Part shown: piece after piece, positions 20,355-32,011 of the stretch | Layout of the letters: every line of letters begins with the position of its first letter | How positions within the stretch are numbered: position 1 is the first letter of the stretch | Assembly (NCBI GenBank): GCA_965240325.2 | Contig: OZ251252.1 | Span: 886,025-950,024, forward strand | Direction of reading: 5' to 3' | DNA: 64,000 bases | Origin: Rebecca billardiae RCC1528 | Taxonomy: Eukaryota; Protista; Haptophyta | Translations under genes and position numbers: made by a program | Notes under the pieces: model-generated | What the model was told of the DNA's origin: nothing | What the model saw: only the letters and a program-made list of their open reading frames with translations | The model's database searches: none

Positions 20355-21461
20355 ATGATGACGGCCGCGTGGCGCGCGCTCGGCGCGCTCCTCGCGCTGG
20401 GCGCGACGCCCTCGTCGGCGCTCGCGCTCCCGCCGGCCCCGCGGGCCTCCGCCACCCCCGCGGACCCCCTCTCCGCCGTCGCCACCGCCGTGCTGCGCGC
20501 GCTGCTCGCCGAGTGCGGCGGCGCGAGCGTCGCGGTCGACGGCGCGCACCGGCTGCCGCGCGGCGCGGTCGACGCGGTGCGGATCGGCGGGCGCGCGTGG
20601 CGCTCGCACGGCGGGCTGTCGTGCCGCTCGCTCGACCTGCGCGTCGGCGAGGCGCGCGTCGAGCCGCTCGCCCTCCTCGCCCAGCGGCGCATCGTGTTCG
20701 CCACGCCGGCCTCAGGCGCGGCCGTGGTCGAGTTTGGCGCGGAAGATTTTGGAAACTTCCTCACGCACCCGCTGGTCGGGCCGGCGGTGGAGCTGCCGCC
20801 GCTGCGCGACGTGCCGGACGGCGCGCCGCCCGAGGCCACGGCGCGCGCGCGGCTCGAGTGCGCGCGCCGCGGCGCGCGCGTGCGCCCGCCCGCCGCTGAA
20901 TTCAACGCAGCGCTCACGACGCCGGCGGCGGCGCGCGCGCTCCCAGTGCGCGTGCGGCTGACGCCGTCGGCGGCGGGCAGCGCGCGCGCGTTCGACGTGC
21001 ACGTCACGCCCGCCCACGCCGCCGCGCGCGCCCCGGACGCCCGCCCGCCGCCGCCCCTCGCCCCCGCCGCGCTCGAGGCCGTGGGCGCGCGCGTCGCGCT
21101 CTGGCTGGGTGGCCTCTGCGTCGATCTCGACGGCTGCGAGATCGGGCCGATCCGGGCGCTCGAGGTGCTGCCGCCGGGCGCAGGGCTGGCGGGGGCGGGG
21201 GGTGGCGCCGCGGGAGCGAGTGGTACGCCGCAGGTGGCGGCGGCGGCGGCGCCAGCCGCTCGCAGTGCGCCGCGGCGCGTCACGATGCGCTCCGCATCGC
21301 AGCAGCAGCAGCAGCAGCAGCAGCAGCGGCGGCGGCGGCGGCTGCGGTCGCGCGCCGCCGATGACGACGAGCGCGCGCCGGCCGCGGCTGGCGCGGCGCT
21401 GCTCCGCTTGACCATGCAGCTGCGCGTGGTGCGGTTCCCGTCGCTCCCGCCCAAGTTCTAA
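20355..21461 (+). CDS. Signal-peptide protein, DUF2993/LmeA-like, probably plastid-targeted
   Basis: MMTAAWRALGALLALGATPSSALA signal. The core VRIGGRAWRSHGGLSCRSLDLRVGEARVEPLALLAQRRIVFATPASGAAVVEFGAEDFGNFLTHPLV resembles cyanobacterial DUF2993 proteins (from memory). Confidence 0.55.
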   Translation: MMTAAWRALGALLALGATPSSALALPPAPRASATPADPLSAVATAVLRALLAECGGASVAVDGAHRLPRGAVDAVRIGGRAWRSHGGLSCRSLDLRVGEARVEPLALLAQRRIVFATPASGAAVVEFGAEDFGNFLTHPLVGPAVELPPLRDVPDGAPPEATARARLECARRGARVRPPAAEFNAALTTPAAARALPVRVRLTPSAAGSARAFDVHVTPAHAAARAPDARPPPPLAPAALEAVGARVALWLGGLCVDLDGCEIGPIRALEVLPPGAGLAGAGGGAAGASGTPQVAAAAAPAARSAPRRVTMRSASQQQQQQQQQRRRRRLRSRAADDDERAPAAAGAALLRLTMQLRVVRFPSLPPKF

Positions 21462-22730
21462 GCCGTCCGGGCGGCGGCGGTATGGGGCGGAGGCGGCCCG
21501 ACCGCCGCCGCCCGGACGTCAGTCAAGTCGCGTACAGGCAATCGCGGGCAATAAGAAGTCAGAGACGATCTCACGGCTAGCCTCGGTTTCTTAGCCGTTC
21601 GGTAGCCCGAGCGCCTACGGTGTCTCAGTTTCTTAGGCGGTAGGTCCGCCCGCCGCGCAGGCTCGGGGGGCGCACGGGGCGCGGGGCAGAGCCCGCGGCG
21701 CCGCCGCTGAGTCTGTTTAGTGTTTTGAGTTAGCGGCCCGGCCGGCGACCAGGCCAGACGAAAATGTATTTATTGCTGATATATGGGCCATTATATTATT
21801 TGGAGCGCATCAACAAATACGGCCGCCGCCTGCCCGTTGCATACCACGCGTCGCGTTAATATATCACAGCAGCAACGATTTATTTTTTATAAAGCGGCGG
21901 CCGTTAAGGAAACTCCGCCGCCAGCAACAAATAATGAATTTTCGCGGCCGTTATAAGTTTATAACGGCTGCATCCAGCCGTCGCAGTCCGGGCAAATCCC
22001 GAGAGAGTCGGTCGGAGCTCGGGCCGCGACGATCGCGCTAGTACTGTAGTATACACGTGCATCATAGTCAGCACACTATAAGAAACGCCGGCGGACTACG
22101 TCGTCCCCGGGCTCGGACGTCAAGTGGTCCGCCCGGACGGGGCGAGGCGCAGTCGGCCCGTCGCGGGGATGACGCGCGGCGCCGCGGCCCGATGACTTAG
22201 ACTACGAGTACATACAGGCCATCAAGTTATCCCGACTTCTCCTGATGATGACGGACGACTCCTGGCCAGTGCACCGCAGCATCCGCCATATATGCAATTT
22301 AACATATCATCAGCATATATATAGATCGAGATGATGATCAGATCGAGCTAGCAGTAATAATAATAATCGGAACCAGCCCGAATCTGCAGCGGCTAGCCCT
22401 CGATCCGACTTTGAAGCAGTAGTTCACACTGCTACGTCGGTCGGCCACTGTTCGGCAGATCCGCGCACAGATAGCGCAAGCCCCAGTTTCTTAACGTAGT
22501 GACATCAGCTCCTTATTGCCCGCGATTGCCTGCTGTAGTAGCATATATCATCATGAATCATGTTGCCATGGCGGGCGGGGCCCCGCGGCCCGCGCTTTGA
22601 CCCCGCCGCGCCGCGGCTCTGCCGCGGCGTGCCTGAGTGAGCGGCGCCGGACGCGGCACGGCGCGCGCATTGCATCCGCCTTGGCCCTTGCTCGGCCATG
22701 CGCCGCACGCTGCCCGGTCAGGGGCCCAGG

Positions 22731-23448
22731 TCAGGGGCCCAGGTCAATGAGCGAGAGCTCATCGCCGAGTGCGTTGGCAGCGACCCCGCCCCCGCCGCCG
22801 AGGCCGCTGCTTGCGGGCGCGCGCGCCGGCGCCGCGCCGCTCGCGCCGGCCGCCGCGGCGCCGCCAGTGCCGCCACCGCCACCGATTGACAGGAGTAGAT
22901 CGGCGTCGAAGGGGTTGGTGGAGACGGGCGGCGGCGCTGCGTTGTTCGCGCGCGTGGACACAGCGCCACCAGCGCCGTCGCCGCCGCCGCCGCCGAGCGT
23001 CAGCAGATCCGCGTCGAAGGGGTTTGAGCTGGCTGCCGCTGCCGCTGCTGCCGCTGCTGCTGCCGCTGCTGCTGCTGCCTCCGCTGCCGCCGAGCGCGGG
23101 GCGCCCGAGTGCGCGTGCGCGGCGGGGGGCTGGCTCCGCGGCACTGACGCGGGCGGTGCAGCGCCGCTGCACGCCGCGGGCCCCACCGCGCCCGCGCCCG
23201 CCGATGCGCAGACGGGGGCGATGTCAACCGCCCAAGTCGGCAGCGGCTCTGCGGCCGTGGGCGGCGCGCTCGGCGGCGGCTGCGCGCTCGGCGCGCCACT
23301 GCAGCCGCCCGCACACACGGGCGTCACGTCCGCCGCCCACGGCGGCAGCGAGTCGGCACCCGAGGCGCGCGGCTGCGCACCCAAAAGCAGCAGCTCAGGG
23401 CTCCCCGGCGGACCCGAGGCGCCGGGCGGCGCACCGCCGCCGCCGGTC

Positions 23449-23495
<47 letters not shown>

Positions 23496-24410
23496 CGCAC
23501 CATCGGCGGTGGCCGAGGCGCGCGCATAGCCGTCCACCTTGTCGCCCTGCGCGACGGCCTGCTGGTAGTCCTGCCGCTGGCGCCACAGCTCGGTGCCCGG
23601 CGGGTGCACCGCGCAGCGGTACCCGCGGAGGTCACACACGCAGCGCTGCCCCTGCCCCTGCTGCTGCTGCTGCCGCTGCCGCTGCTGCTGCTGCTGCGCG
23701 CGCGCCGCGGCGGCGGCGCTGGCCGCCTCCGCCTCGGCGAGCAGCCTGCGGTGCGTCTCCGCCGCGCTCTCCGCCGCCACGCGCGCCGCCTCCGCCGCCG
23801 CCTCCGCCGCGGTGCGCGCCGCCGCGCCCACGGTGCTTGCGGCGCTCTCCGCCGCGCGGCGCGCCTCCGCGAGCAGCTGCTGCGCGCTGGGCGGCGCGGC
23901 GGGGTGCGCGCGCGGCGCGGGGCCAGCGCGCGCCTCCGCGCCGCCGCCGGCGCCGCAGCCGCCGCAGCCGCGCCCGCTCTGCGCGCGCGCCGCGTGCACC
24001 GCCGCGGCGGCCGAGTCGACGGCCGCGTTGGCTTGGCTCCGGCCGGCGCCGCCGAGCTGCTCGCCGCGCGCGCGCCGCGTGACGGCGGGGTCGCGCTCGA
24101 CGCGGAGGAGGAGCATCGGCCCCGCCGCCTTCACCAGCGCGCGCGCCGCCTCGAGCTCGGCGCCGAGCACGTGCGTGCCGTCAATCTCCCGGACGAGATC
24201 GCCCGCGCGCAGCAGGTGGCGGTCGTCCGCGGCGTCGGACGCGGCGACGGCGGCGACGACGACGCCGAGCTCGTCGGCGCGGAGGTCGAAGCGGAAGCGC
24301 GCGCTGCTGTCGCGCAGGAGGTACACGCTGAGCACGCTCGGCGCGCCCTCCGCCGGCGTCGCCTCCGCGCGCGTCGCCTCCGCCAACGGCTCGAGCACGA
24401 GCGCATCCAT
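22731..24410 (-). CDS. PDZ-domain protein with C-terminal NPF motifs
   Basis: N-terminal VYLLRDSSARFRFDLRADELGVVVAAV...LLRAGDLVREIDGTHV...ARALVKAAGPMLLLRVER is a PDZ fold. The C-terminus has SNPFDADLL, TNPFDADLL and SLIDLG. Confidence 0.8.
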
Positions 24411-24601
24411 CGCGCAGGGCTGCGCCTCCGGGCTCCCGCGGAGCAGCCGGAGCTGCTGTAGTTCCAGCCGCCGCGGTGTGCCGCGACAAACCGGCAGCCC
24501 TGTCGGCACCCGGCGCCATCGATTTCGTCAGCGCAAGCGAAGGCGACGCAGGGCATCCTCCAGCGCTTGAGCTTGCGTTGTGCATGGGCGCATCGCGTGC
24601 C

Positions 24602-26473
24602 ATGGTGGCAGGCACGTCCGCGCGCGCGGCGGCGCTCGCGCTGCTCGCGGCGTGCGCGGCGGTGTTGCCGCGCGCGGGCAGCGTGCCCATGCTCCCCGTC
24701 GAGGTCCCGCTCCAGCACCCGCCGCTCCGCCTGCCGCCCGGCGCGCCCGGCCCGCCGCTGGTCGCCGTGCTCCACCCGGGCACGTTCAAGACGGGCAGCT
24801 CGACGCTGCAGTCGGCGCTGATCGCGAAGCGGCACGCGATGGACACGGCGGGGATGGTGCACCGCGGCAATCACTCGCGCGCCGCCACCGACGGCCTCAG
24901 CGCCATCCTCGCCGGCGCGAACGCCACCGCGGACGACGGCCCGGCGGTCGTGCTGCCGCGCTTCAGGGGCTTCTGGCGCGGCGCGCTCAACCACGCCAAC
25001 CTGGCGACGTACCTGCAGTACAAGGAGCCGGAGCAGACGTGGCTCGAGCTCACCGACTTCCTCTCCTCCGCCGCGCGCAACCGCTCGCACGTCCTCCTCT
25101 CCTCCGAGTTCCTCGTGCAGCCGGGCACGCCGAACGCGCCGCTCATCCGCGCGCTGCAGCCGACGTGGCGCGTGCACGTCGTGCTCGTGTACCGCCGCTT
25201 CTTCGAGTGGCTCGTGTCGGTGCACTACCAGAAGTTCCACTTCCGGGAGAAGCTCTCGGAGCGCGCGGCCGACTTCCTCACGCTCGTCGAGTTCCTCGCG
25301 CCCGCGCACGTGCGCAAGGAGAGCGAGGGCGTGTGGACGGGCGCGGCGTACGACCGGTACCGCCGTTTCCCGGAAGTGTCCGTGTCCGTGCTCGACATGC
25401 ACGAGACGACGGACGCGCCGGGGCGCGGGCGGCACAACGGCTCGCTCGTGCGCGCGTTCGTGTGCGACCACCTGCCCGGCCCGTGCGCCGCGCGCGCGTG
25501 CGACTGGCTCGCCAACTCCGAGTCCGGGCGCAAGGTGGCCAACATCCGCGCAAATGCGGGTAAAGCGGGTGAGCACATCCACTATGTGGAGCTGGCGTTT
25601 GGCGCCGCGCGGCACAACGGCACGGTGCGCCACGACATCGGCGAGAGGCGCTCGACGAGCCTGGTGTTCCACCTCAAGCGCACGCTCGTCAACGCCACGC
25701 TGCCCATCACCTGCATCAACGAAACTTCCAGAGACTTCCTGTGGGAGCTCTCGCGCGCGGAGGAGGCGCGGCTGCTGCCCGCCCGGCACGACGAGGCCGC
25801 GCTGCGCGCGCGCTTTGAGGCGTACGCCGCGCGCGGCAAGCTGTGCTCGGTGGACGTGGAGGCGGCGCTGCGCAACGAGACGGTGCGCGCGGTCTTCCGC
25901 GACCTGATCCAGCACCAGCCGCGCAGCCGCAACGCCACCGAGGTGCGCGCGGCGCGCGAGGCGGCCGCGCGCGCGCGCGCCGCCGCCTGGCGCAACCGCA
26001 CGGCGCAGCAGCCGGGGGGGGGCGCGCCGGGGGCGCACCGGCGGCGCTCGCGGCCGCGCGCCGCCGTGGCCAGCCGCACGAGCCGCGCCGCGATCGACGC
26101 GGCGCGCGTGCGCGCGCGCGCCGCGCTGCACAAGCGGTACACCGAGTTCGTCGACGAGGGCGCCGTGCCCGCCGGCGGCTTTGAGAACCGCTCCGAGCCG
26201 AGGCCGTACGCCTACGAGCCGGAGGCGCTGCAGGCGCAGTACTCCTCCGCCCTCCCGGACTTCGCCCTCCCGGACTCCGCCCTCCCGGACTCCGCCCTCC
26301 CGGGGAGCGGGGGGAGGGGCGGCGCGGCGGGCGCAGGTGAAGGGGAGGGCGAAGGCGGGGGCCTGACGCCGGGCATGGGCGGCGGCGCGGGGCTCGTGCC
26401 CCCAGCCGTGCTGCCGCCCGCCGCCGATGCCGTGCTCGCGGCTCCACTCGGTGACGGCGGTGCCGGGCGGTGA
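24602..26473 (+). CDS. Secretory-pathway protein with P-loop sulfotransferase-like fold
   Basis: Signal peptide AAALALLAACAAVL, 5'-PSB-like VLHPGTFKTGSSTLQ, 3'-PB-like VVLVYRRFFEWLVSVH, and many NxS/T sequons. Confidence 0.7.
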   Translation: MVAGTSARAAALALLAACAAVLPRAGSVPMLPVEVPLQHPPLRLPPGAPGPPLVAVLHPGTFKTGSSTLQSALIAKRHAMDTAGMVHRGNHSRAATDGLSAILAGANATADDGPAVVLPRFRGFWRGALNHANLATYLQYKEPEQTWLELTDFLSSAARNRSHVLLSSEFLVQPGTPNAPLIRALQPTWRVHVVLVYRRFFEWLVSVHYQKFHFREKLSERAADFLTLVEFLAPAHVRKESEGVWTGAAYDRYRRFPEVSVSVLDMHETTDAPGRGRHNGSLVRAFVCDHLPGPCAARACDWLANSESGRKVANIRANAGKAGEHIHYVELAFGAARHNGTVRHDIGERRSTSLVFHLKRTLVNATLPITCINETSRDFLWELSRAEEARLLPARHDEAALRARFEAYAARGKLCSVDVEAALRNETVRAVFRDLIQHQPRSRNATEVRAAREAAARARAAAWRNRTAQQPGGGAPGAHRRRSRPRAAVASRTSRAAIDAARVRARAALHKRYTEFVDEGAVPAGGFENRSEPRPYAYEPEALQAQYSSALPDFALPDSALPDSALPGSGGRGGAAGAGEGEGEGGGLTPGMGGGAGLVPPAVLPPAADAVLAAPLGDGGAGR

Positions 26474-27219
26474 CGACGACGATGTGACGACCGCGTCGAC
26501 CGCCCGGTCCTGCGCGGCTGCTCGGGCCGCCTGGCGCGCGTGCCGTTCGCTGGATAGGTGCAACGCGGTGCGGGCACCGCGCTGCCACCGCCTGCCATCG
26601 CCGCAGCCTCTGCGTCTCCCGCACGGCCAGCAGCGGGCGCGGTCACATCAGTTACACCACTGGCACTAGTCACTACGGCTACGCACGACGGTATCAGCAG
26701 CAGCACGGTCCGGACTACGTCGGACATCATCGTAGCCGCAGCCTAGTGACTACGCGCGATATGCATGACGACTCACGATATGACGACGAGCACTCGGACC
26801 GCCGTCAAAAAGTCCATCGTGGCCCGGCGGCGCGACGTCGTCATTAGACTATTTACTGTGATGAAGTACGTCGCCACTCGCAGATCATTATTCGCCGCAG
26901 CGCCTGCCAGCAGCAGCGCGCTGCCGGCACGCCCGCGGGGCGGCCCGGCGCGGCGATGGGGCGTCTGCACGAATGCAGCCACCATCTCGTCGAGCGTGCA
27001 CGCCGACGGTTGCAGACGCGTCGCCGGCGGGCAGCGCGGCCAGCAGGCCACGCGCCACGCAGCGCCGCACGGCCCCAGAGTCGATCACACCCGCCGGCTG
27101 GCAGCCGCGCGCGCGCTCGGGGGCGCACGGCAGAGGCGCGGCGATGCGACGCGGCGGCGAGATGTGGCGGCGGCGTGCGCCGGTCGCCCGCATCGGGCGG
27201 GCTGGTGCGGCGGCCGTGC

Positions 27220-27429
27220 TCACCTGAAGCGCGCGGGCGACGTCCCCTGCGCCGAGTCGGCCGGCGGCTGCGGTCGGATGCCGATGCGCTCGGCGGCGGA
27301 CTTGCCGTGGTGCGCGCCCTTGTCGGATGGCGGTGTCTGCTTGCCACGCCCGCCGCGCTTGTGCGCCTCGTCGAGCTCCGCTCGGTCGTCCGGCTTGAGC
27401 TCGATGCGCGTCGGCGGCCGCTTGAGCAT
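27220..27429 (-). CDS. CDC26: Anaphase-promoting complex subunit CDC26 (APC12/Hcn1)-like, ~69 aa
   Basis: MLKRPPTRIELKPDDRAELDE matches the CDC26 N-terminal signature ([20 protein letters not shown]). The stop codon overlaps a possible donor (AG|GTGAGC), so the C-terminus may be spliced. Confidence 0.8.
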   Translation of the reverse strand: MLKRPPTRIELKPDDRAELDEAHKRGGRGKQTPPSDKGAHHGKSAAERIGIRPQPPADSAQGTSPARFR

Positions 27430-27631
27430 GGCGCACGCGCACTCCCCCCCCGCTATCCCGACGATGGCAGCGCACGTTGGCCGGGGGGCCGGCGCAATTT
27501 TCCGCGCGCTGCCGCGCTCCCTTTTTATTTGCTGAGCAGACGACGCGATTATTTCATTCGTCGACACAACCGCAGTAGTCCAGTACGTGCCGTGATGTGT
27601 CCGATGCGCCTGCCCCTCGGCCAGCCCCGCC

Positions 27632-28324
27632 TCAGCCATCGGGCCCGGAGCGCGTCTGCTCGCCAGCCCGCCCGTCATCTCCCCCTGCGCGCCCCACGCC
27701 CTCCTCCTGCCCGCCACCGCCACCGTAAGTCCCGCCCGGCCGCAGCGCCGCCGGCCGGCTGTCAAACTCCTCCGCGGCGGCGATCCAGCTGGGCGCGCTC
27801 GCGGCGGGCACCCTGGAGGCGAGGAGGAACTCCGTCACGCCATCGAAGTGCACGCCGTGCCCCACCACGCAGCGCCAGCGCACGAACACCGCGCGCGCGT
27901 GCAGGCACGGCACGAGCGGGCGGACGTACTCGAAGCGCGCGCCGGGCGCCAGCCGCGCAAAGGCGTCGTAGTGCGCCTTGATGGCGCGCTGGCCGGAGAT
28001 GGGCTGCGCGTCGGGGGCGCGGCCCGCGGCGTACAGCCGGGCCTCCGGCTCGAAGAGCGACGCGTCCACGCTCCCCGCGTTGAGCGAGTCGAAGAAGGCG
28101 TTGACGACCGCGCGCATGTCCGCCTCCGTGCGCTGCGCCTCGCGCGGCGCGACGCTCACGCTGATGGCCGCGACCGTCGCGGCGAGGGCCCAGGCGAGCA
28201 CGCACGCGAACGCGCCGGCGAGCAGCTGCCGACCGTCCGGCGGCTTCACGCTGCGAAGCACCGGCCTGCTGCGCTGGGCTCGCTGGGCAGCCTTGGCCGG
28301 CGGGAGCACGGCCATTGTCGCCAT
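27632..28324 (-). CDS. Membrane-anchored SnoaL-like/NTF2-fold protein
   Basis: TM segment LLAGAFACVLAWALAATVAAISV, then MRAVVNAFFDSLNAG..SLFEPEARL...PISGQRAIKAHY...VFVRW...FDGVTEF. Confidence 0.7.
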   Translation of the reverse strand: MATMAVLPPAKAAQRAQRSRPVLRSVKPPDGRQLLAGAFACVLAWALAATVAAISVSVAPREAQRTEADMRAVVNAFFDSLNAGSVDASLFEPEARLYAAGRAPDAQPISGQRAIKAHYDAFARLAPGARFEYVRPLVPCLHARAVFVRWRCVVGHGVHFDGVTEFLLASRVPAASAPSWIAAAEEFDSRPAALRPGGTYGGGGGQEEGVGRAGGDDGRAGEQTRSGPDG

Positions 28325-29627
28325 GGATGCATGACCTGTTGCTGCCCCTTGTTGCGTCCGGGCGGCGGCCGGCGGGGCGGCCGGCCCGGGCGGGCGGCCG
28401 CCAGTGGCAGTGGCAGCCTCACCCAACGCGCTTGGCTTTGGGGCATTGGGCGTTATTGGGTAGCTCGCTTCGCGGGCGAGATTTCGAGGGCAGAGGCCGT
28501 CTCGCATACCGCAGACCTCACCGGAAGACCCCCCGAACGGCCGCCTCGTGCACGCGCCGTGCCGCCGCTCGACCCGCCGTGGCCACACCAAGGGCCTAGC
28601 CACACTGGGCACGGATCAGGATGGGTGGGTGGCTGCAGAGTGCAGGGCGACGCCGCTTGCGGTCGACTGCACGAACAGACAGTCTCGCATCATTCTCGCG
28701 CGTGAGGCGGTGGTCGGGGGCGCCAGAGACCACCTTGGCTGTGGCTCGAGCTTGCTGACTAGCACGGGCTCGACAGGCCCCTGCCGGCTGAGCCTCGTCC
28801 GAGGGCAGAGCCTGGCTGCCAGGCTGGCTTTCAACGGTGTGGTCCGAAAAAGCCGGACAGTGAGGTGCACGTCCGGGCGTCCGCCTCGACCATGGTTGTT
28901 GTTGCGCGATGCCGCGACAGATGGAAGACTGCGGTTGGCCCCTTGCCGTGACATGTAGACGCGCATGCTCGGTCATCGGGTTGGCTGGGTGGGTTTGTGG
29001 GGCCCACGAGGCGGCGGCCATCGTAGTTCTTCAAAGCCGGGGGAGGGGTTTGATGCGCATCTCGAGCGAATCTGGAATCTTCGCCAGCAGATTTTCGCCG
29101 GGTGCCCACACCTGGACGGGTGCTCGCGTCAGATTGCCGAAATACGAACCAAAAACCAGCCCATGCAACTTTTCATGCAACTTTTCAATCGCACCGCATT
29201 CGTCGTATGTCGTTCCGAAACACCTACAAGGGTGCAGGGTTGCTCATTGGGGCGGGTGACTCGTCATCACCGAAGCCCGGGATGACCCCGATATGTGATT
29301 GCTATGGCGATATAATCATCTGCCATTTCGTGCATGGGCATCTACCCCCAACATACCCGACCAGGCTGAGGAGTCCAGAAGTCCAGAGCAGCACATCGCG
29401 AGAGTTTTCGGGCAATACTACCATGACTGGCTCGTCAATCCCGAAATCGGCCAACCGGCGCTAATGCCGCGGTGGTAATAGATGCGTTTAACCAGATGGG
29501 CCGGGAGAGAAACGAGGGAAGATGACGAATCGGCCTTCCCGCCTTGTTCCCGCACCGGCCGTAGTCTGGGAAGCGAGGTGCCCCGAGCTCGGAAAGGCAT
29601 CCGGGCGTGCATCGCCGGCTGTTGATC

Positions 29628-30750
29628 ATGCCGCGCTCACGCTCGCACTCGCGCTCGCGCTCGCGCAAAGTGACGCCTGACATAGAGTCTGGCCTGCCGG
29701 CCGCGGAGCCCCCGGCCGACGAGCCACCCGCCTGCTTCATCTGCTTCGACACCGGGCCGGCCACAATCGTCGACGGCCGGCCGCGCGACATGCCGCGCAC
29801 CGGCCTGTGTCAGTGCACCACGCTCGCTGTGCACCTCAAGTGCCTCGAGTCGTTCGTGAACACGTCGGAGGACGTGGGCACGTCGTTCCAGACGCGGCTC
29901 TGCTGCCGCGTGTGCAAGGCGCCCTACCGCGTCACGCACCACATCCGCCACAGCCCGGCCACGGTCGCGCTCAGCGCCGCCGCCGCCGACCACAGGACCT
30001 GCTCTGAGCGCGCGCTCGTCCTGTGCATCCGCGACCCGCATCGGGCGCACAGGGTGGCGTCGTGGATACGGGGTTCGTTCCTCGTGCTCAGCGTGCTCGC
30101 CGTCGTGCTCCTGATCCTCTCCGCCTACTTCTCGTGGGGGGGCGATGCCATTGGGTGCGCGCGCGCGCGTGCGCGCGCTGCCGCCGCCGCCCCCGGCGCG
30201 GCGCGACGCGCCGGCGGCCGGGAGGCGCCCGCCCCTGTCTGACCGGCGTGGGCACGCGCGCGCGCACCGCCGCGGCAGGTTTGGCACGTGGGGCATCCTC
30301 CTGCCGCTCGCGCTCGTGTGCGTGCCGCTCAGCGCGTGCGGGCCGGGCCCGCGCCAGCTCGAGCGCTGGTGGCGCGAGCGGCGCGCGCGGGCCGCGGCGG
30401 CCGCCTCTGCCGGTGGCACGATCCCAGTGGTTGGGCCGGCGCCCGAGACGGCGCGGATCGAGCTGCGCGAGCTGCCGTTCGCGCGGTTCGGCAGCCCGCG
30501 CAGGTCACGCACCGACGCGCCCGCGCGGCCGCACCGCCACCGCCGCCCCCGCAGCCGCACACCCTCGGGCTCGCGCTGGGACCGAGAGCTGCGGAGGCAA
30601 GCGGCCGCGCGCGGCACCGCGCTGCCGCCGACGGCGACCGCCGCCCCGCCGCCCGCGCCCGCCGCTGCCGCCGCATCCGCCCACGGCAGCCCTTTGTCGG
30701 GGAGGTCGTCCGTGGGGCCCGCGCCGGCCACGGCGGTGCTCGAGGACTGA
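29628..30750 (+). CDS. RINGv (C4HC3, MARCH-type) membrane E3 ubiquitin ligase, 2 exons
   Basis: CFICFD...LCQCTTLAVHLKCLESFV...CRVCKAPY followed by two TM segments. Intron 30155-30278 (GT-AG) restores the frame. Confidence 0.85.
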
Positions 30751-31455
30751 CCCGCACCCGGCCGTCGTCAGATGATCGGGAGTCGGGATCTGGTCCGACG
30801 TTCAGTCGGCTCGGATGCCGTCGTCGCGCCCGCCGCGGCCCGCGGCCGTCGCGTGCCGACGGCGGCTGTGTGCAGGGCGGGCGCCCGCCAAGCCAACAGC
30901 GTTCGTTAGCCCAGCGTAGTCGTAGTACTTATATTCACATATCAGTATATTAAGCAGACGGCGCGCCTCGTATCATCAGTAGCGCATGCAGCAGGTATAT
31001 TTAGTACTCCGTGTCCGTCACCGGCCCGCAGACGGCCCGACGGCGGAAGCGGACCAGTCCGCCGGCGCGACGGCGGCGCGCGGACTGGCTGGCCGACGTG
31101 ATGCGCGCTGACGATATAGCATCGATCGTCATCATCAGCAGCGAGCAGCCTATCGTCGGTCGTGATGCCGGCTGCGCCTGCGCAGTGAGCCGCACGCGTT
31201 ACGATGCCGATGTCACGATGTGCCACTTCGGCACTGCTCTGCTCCGTACTGCGCGCATATCACTGCGCTTATGTGATCATCGCGTCGACTCCGCCTGAAC
31301 GGCGGTGCGAGCGCGGCGCTGCTGGCGAGGCGTGCACTCACACTGCCCAGTTCCACGCGAGCAGTACCAGAGACTGCCGCCTGAGGCGGACGCAGCCTGT
31401 CCACGTAAGCGCAACCGCCCCGGGGCGCTCGGCAGAGGCGGCCGCGTACCGCAGC

Positions 31456-31818
31456 TCACGCCCACTGGCCTCCACGCGGCGCCGAGCCGGCGCTGCTCGG
31501 GGCGGCGCGGTACGACGGGTGTCTGCTCTCGCCGAGCGCGCGGCCAAGCTCGCCCATCAGCGCGCCCATCTCGGCGTCCGCGCGCCCCAGCAGCCCGCCG
31601 AGCCCGCCGTCCAGCAAGCCGCCGCGACGCTGGGCGTCGGCCTCCGCCGGCGCGGTGCGCTGCTCCTTGACGACGCGGCCGTCGGCGTACTGCCTCCACG
31701 TCGTGTACAGCGTCTCGCACCGCTGCTCGCCCGTCTGCGGGTCGGGCTCGCACCGCGTCGACGCCGACTCGGACACGGCGACGGGCGCCTCCTCTTCCTC
31801 CCTGCTGCCGCGCTGCAT
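31456..31818 (-). CDS. Small hypothetical protein (120 aa)
   Basis: MQRGSREEEEAPVAVSESASTRCEPDPQTGEQRCETLYTTWRQYADGRVVKEQ has coding-like composition and is divergent from the next gene. Confidence 0.6.
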   Translation of the reverse strand: MQRGSREEEEAPVAVSESASTRCEPDPQTGEQRCETLYTTWRQYADGRVVKEQRTAPAEADAQRRGGLLDGGLGGLLGRADAEMGALMGELGRALGESRHPSYRAAPSSAGSAPRGGQWA

Positions 31819-32011
31819 GCTGCGTCTGGGCTGGGGCACTGCGCGGATGCGGCCAGCTGCCAGGCCTGGGGAGTCTGGACGGCGGGTGGACGTGAGAGCG
31901 CGCAGCCGCTCCGGCCCAGTCGAAGACGAGCCGCGCTCGTCATCAGCGCGGCGTCGGGTGGCGCGCGCACGAGGCGCGACCGGCGGAGGCGGCGCGGGCC
32001 GCGACGGGGCG

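Noticed and set aside
28620-29560. Short ORFs in a lower-GC stretch (includes a 12-bp tandem catgcaactttt x2)
   Set aside because: No recognisable motifs or host-like codon bias; probably promoter, UTR or decayed DNA.
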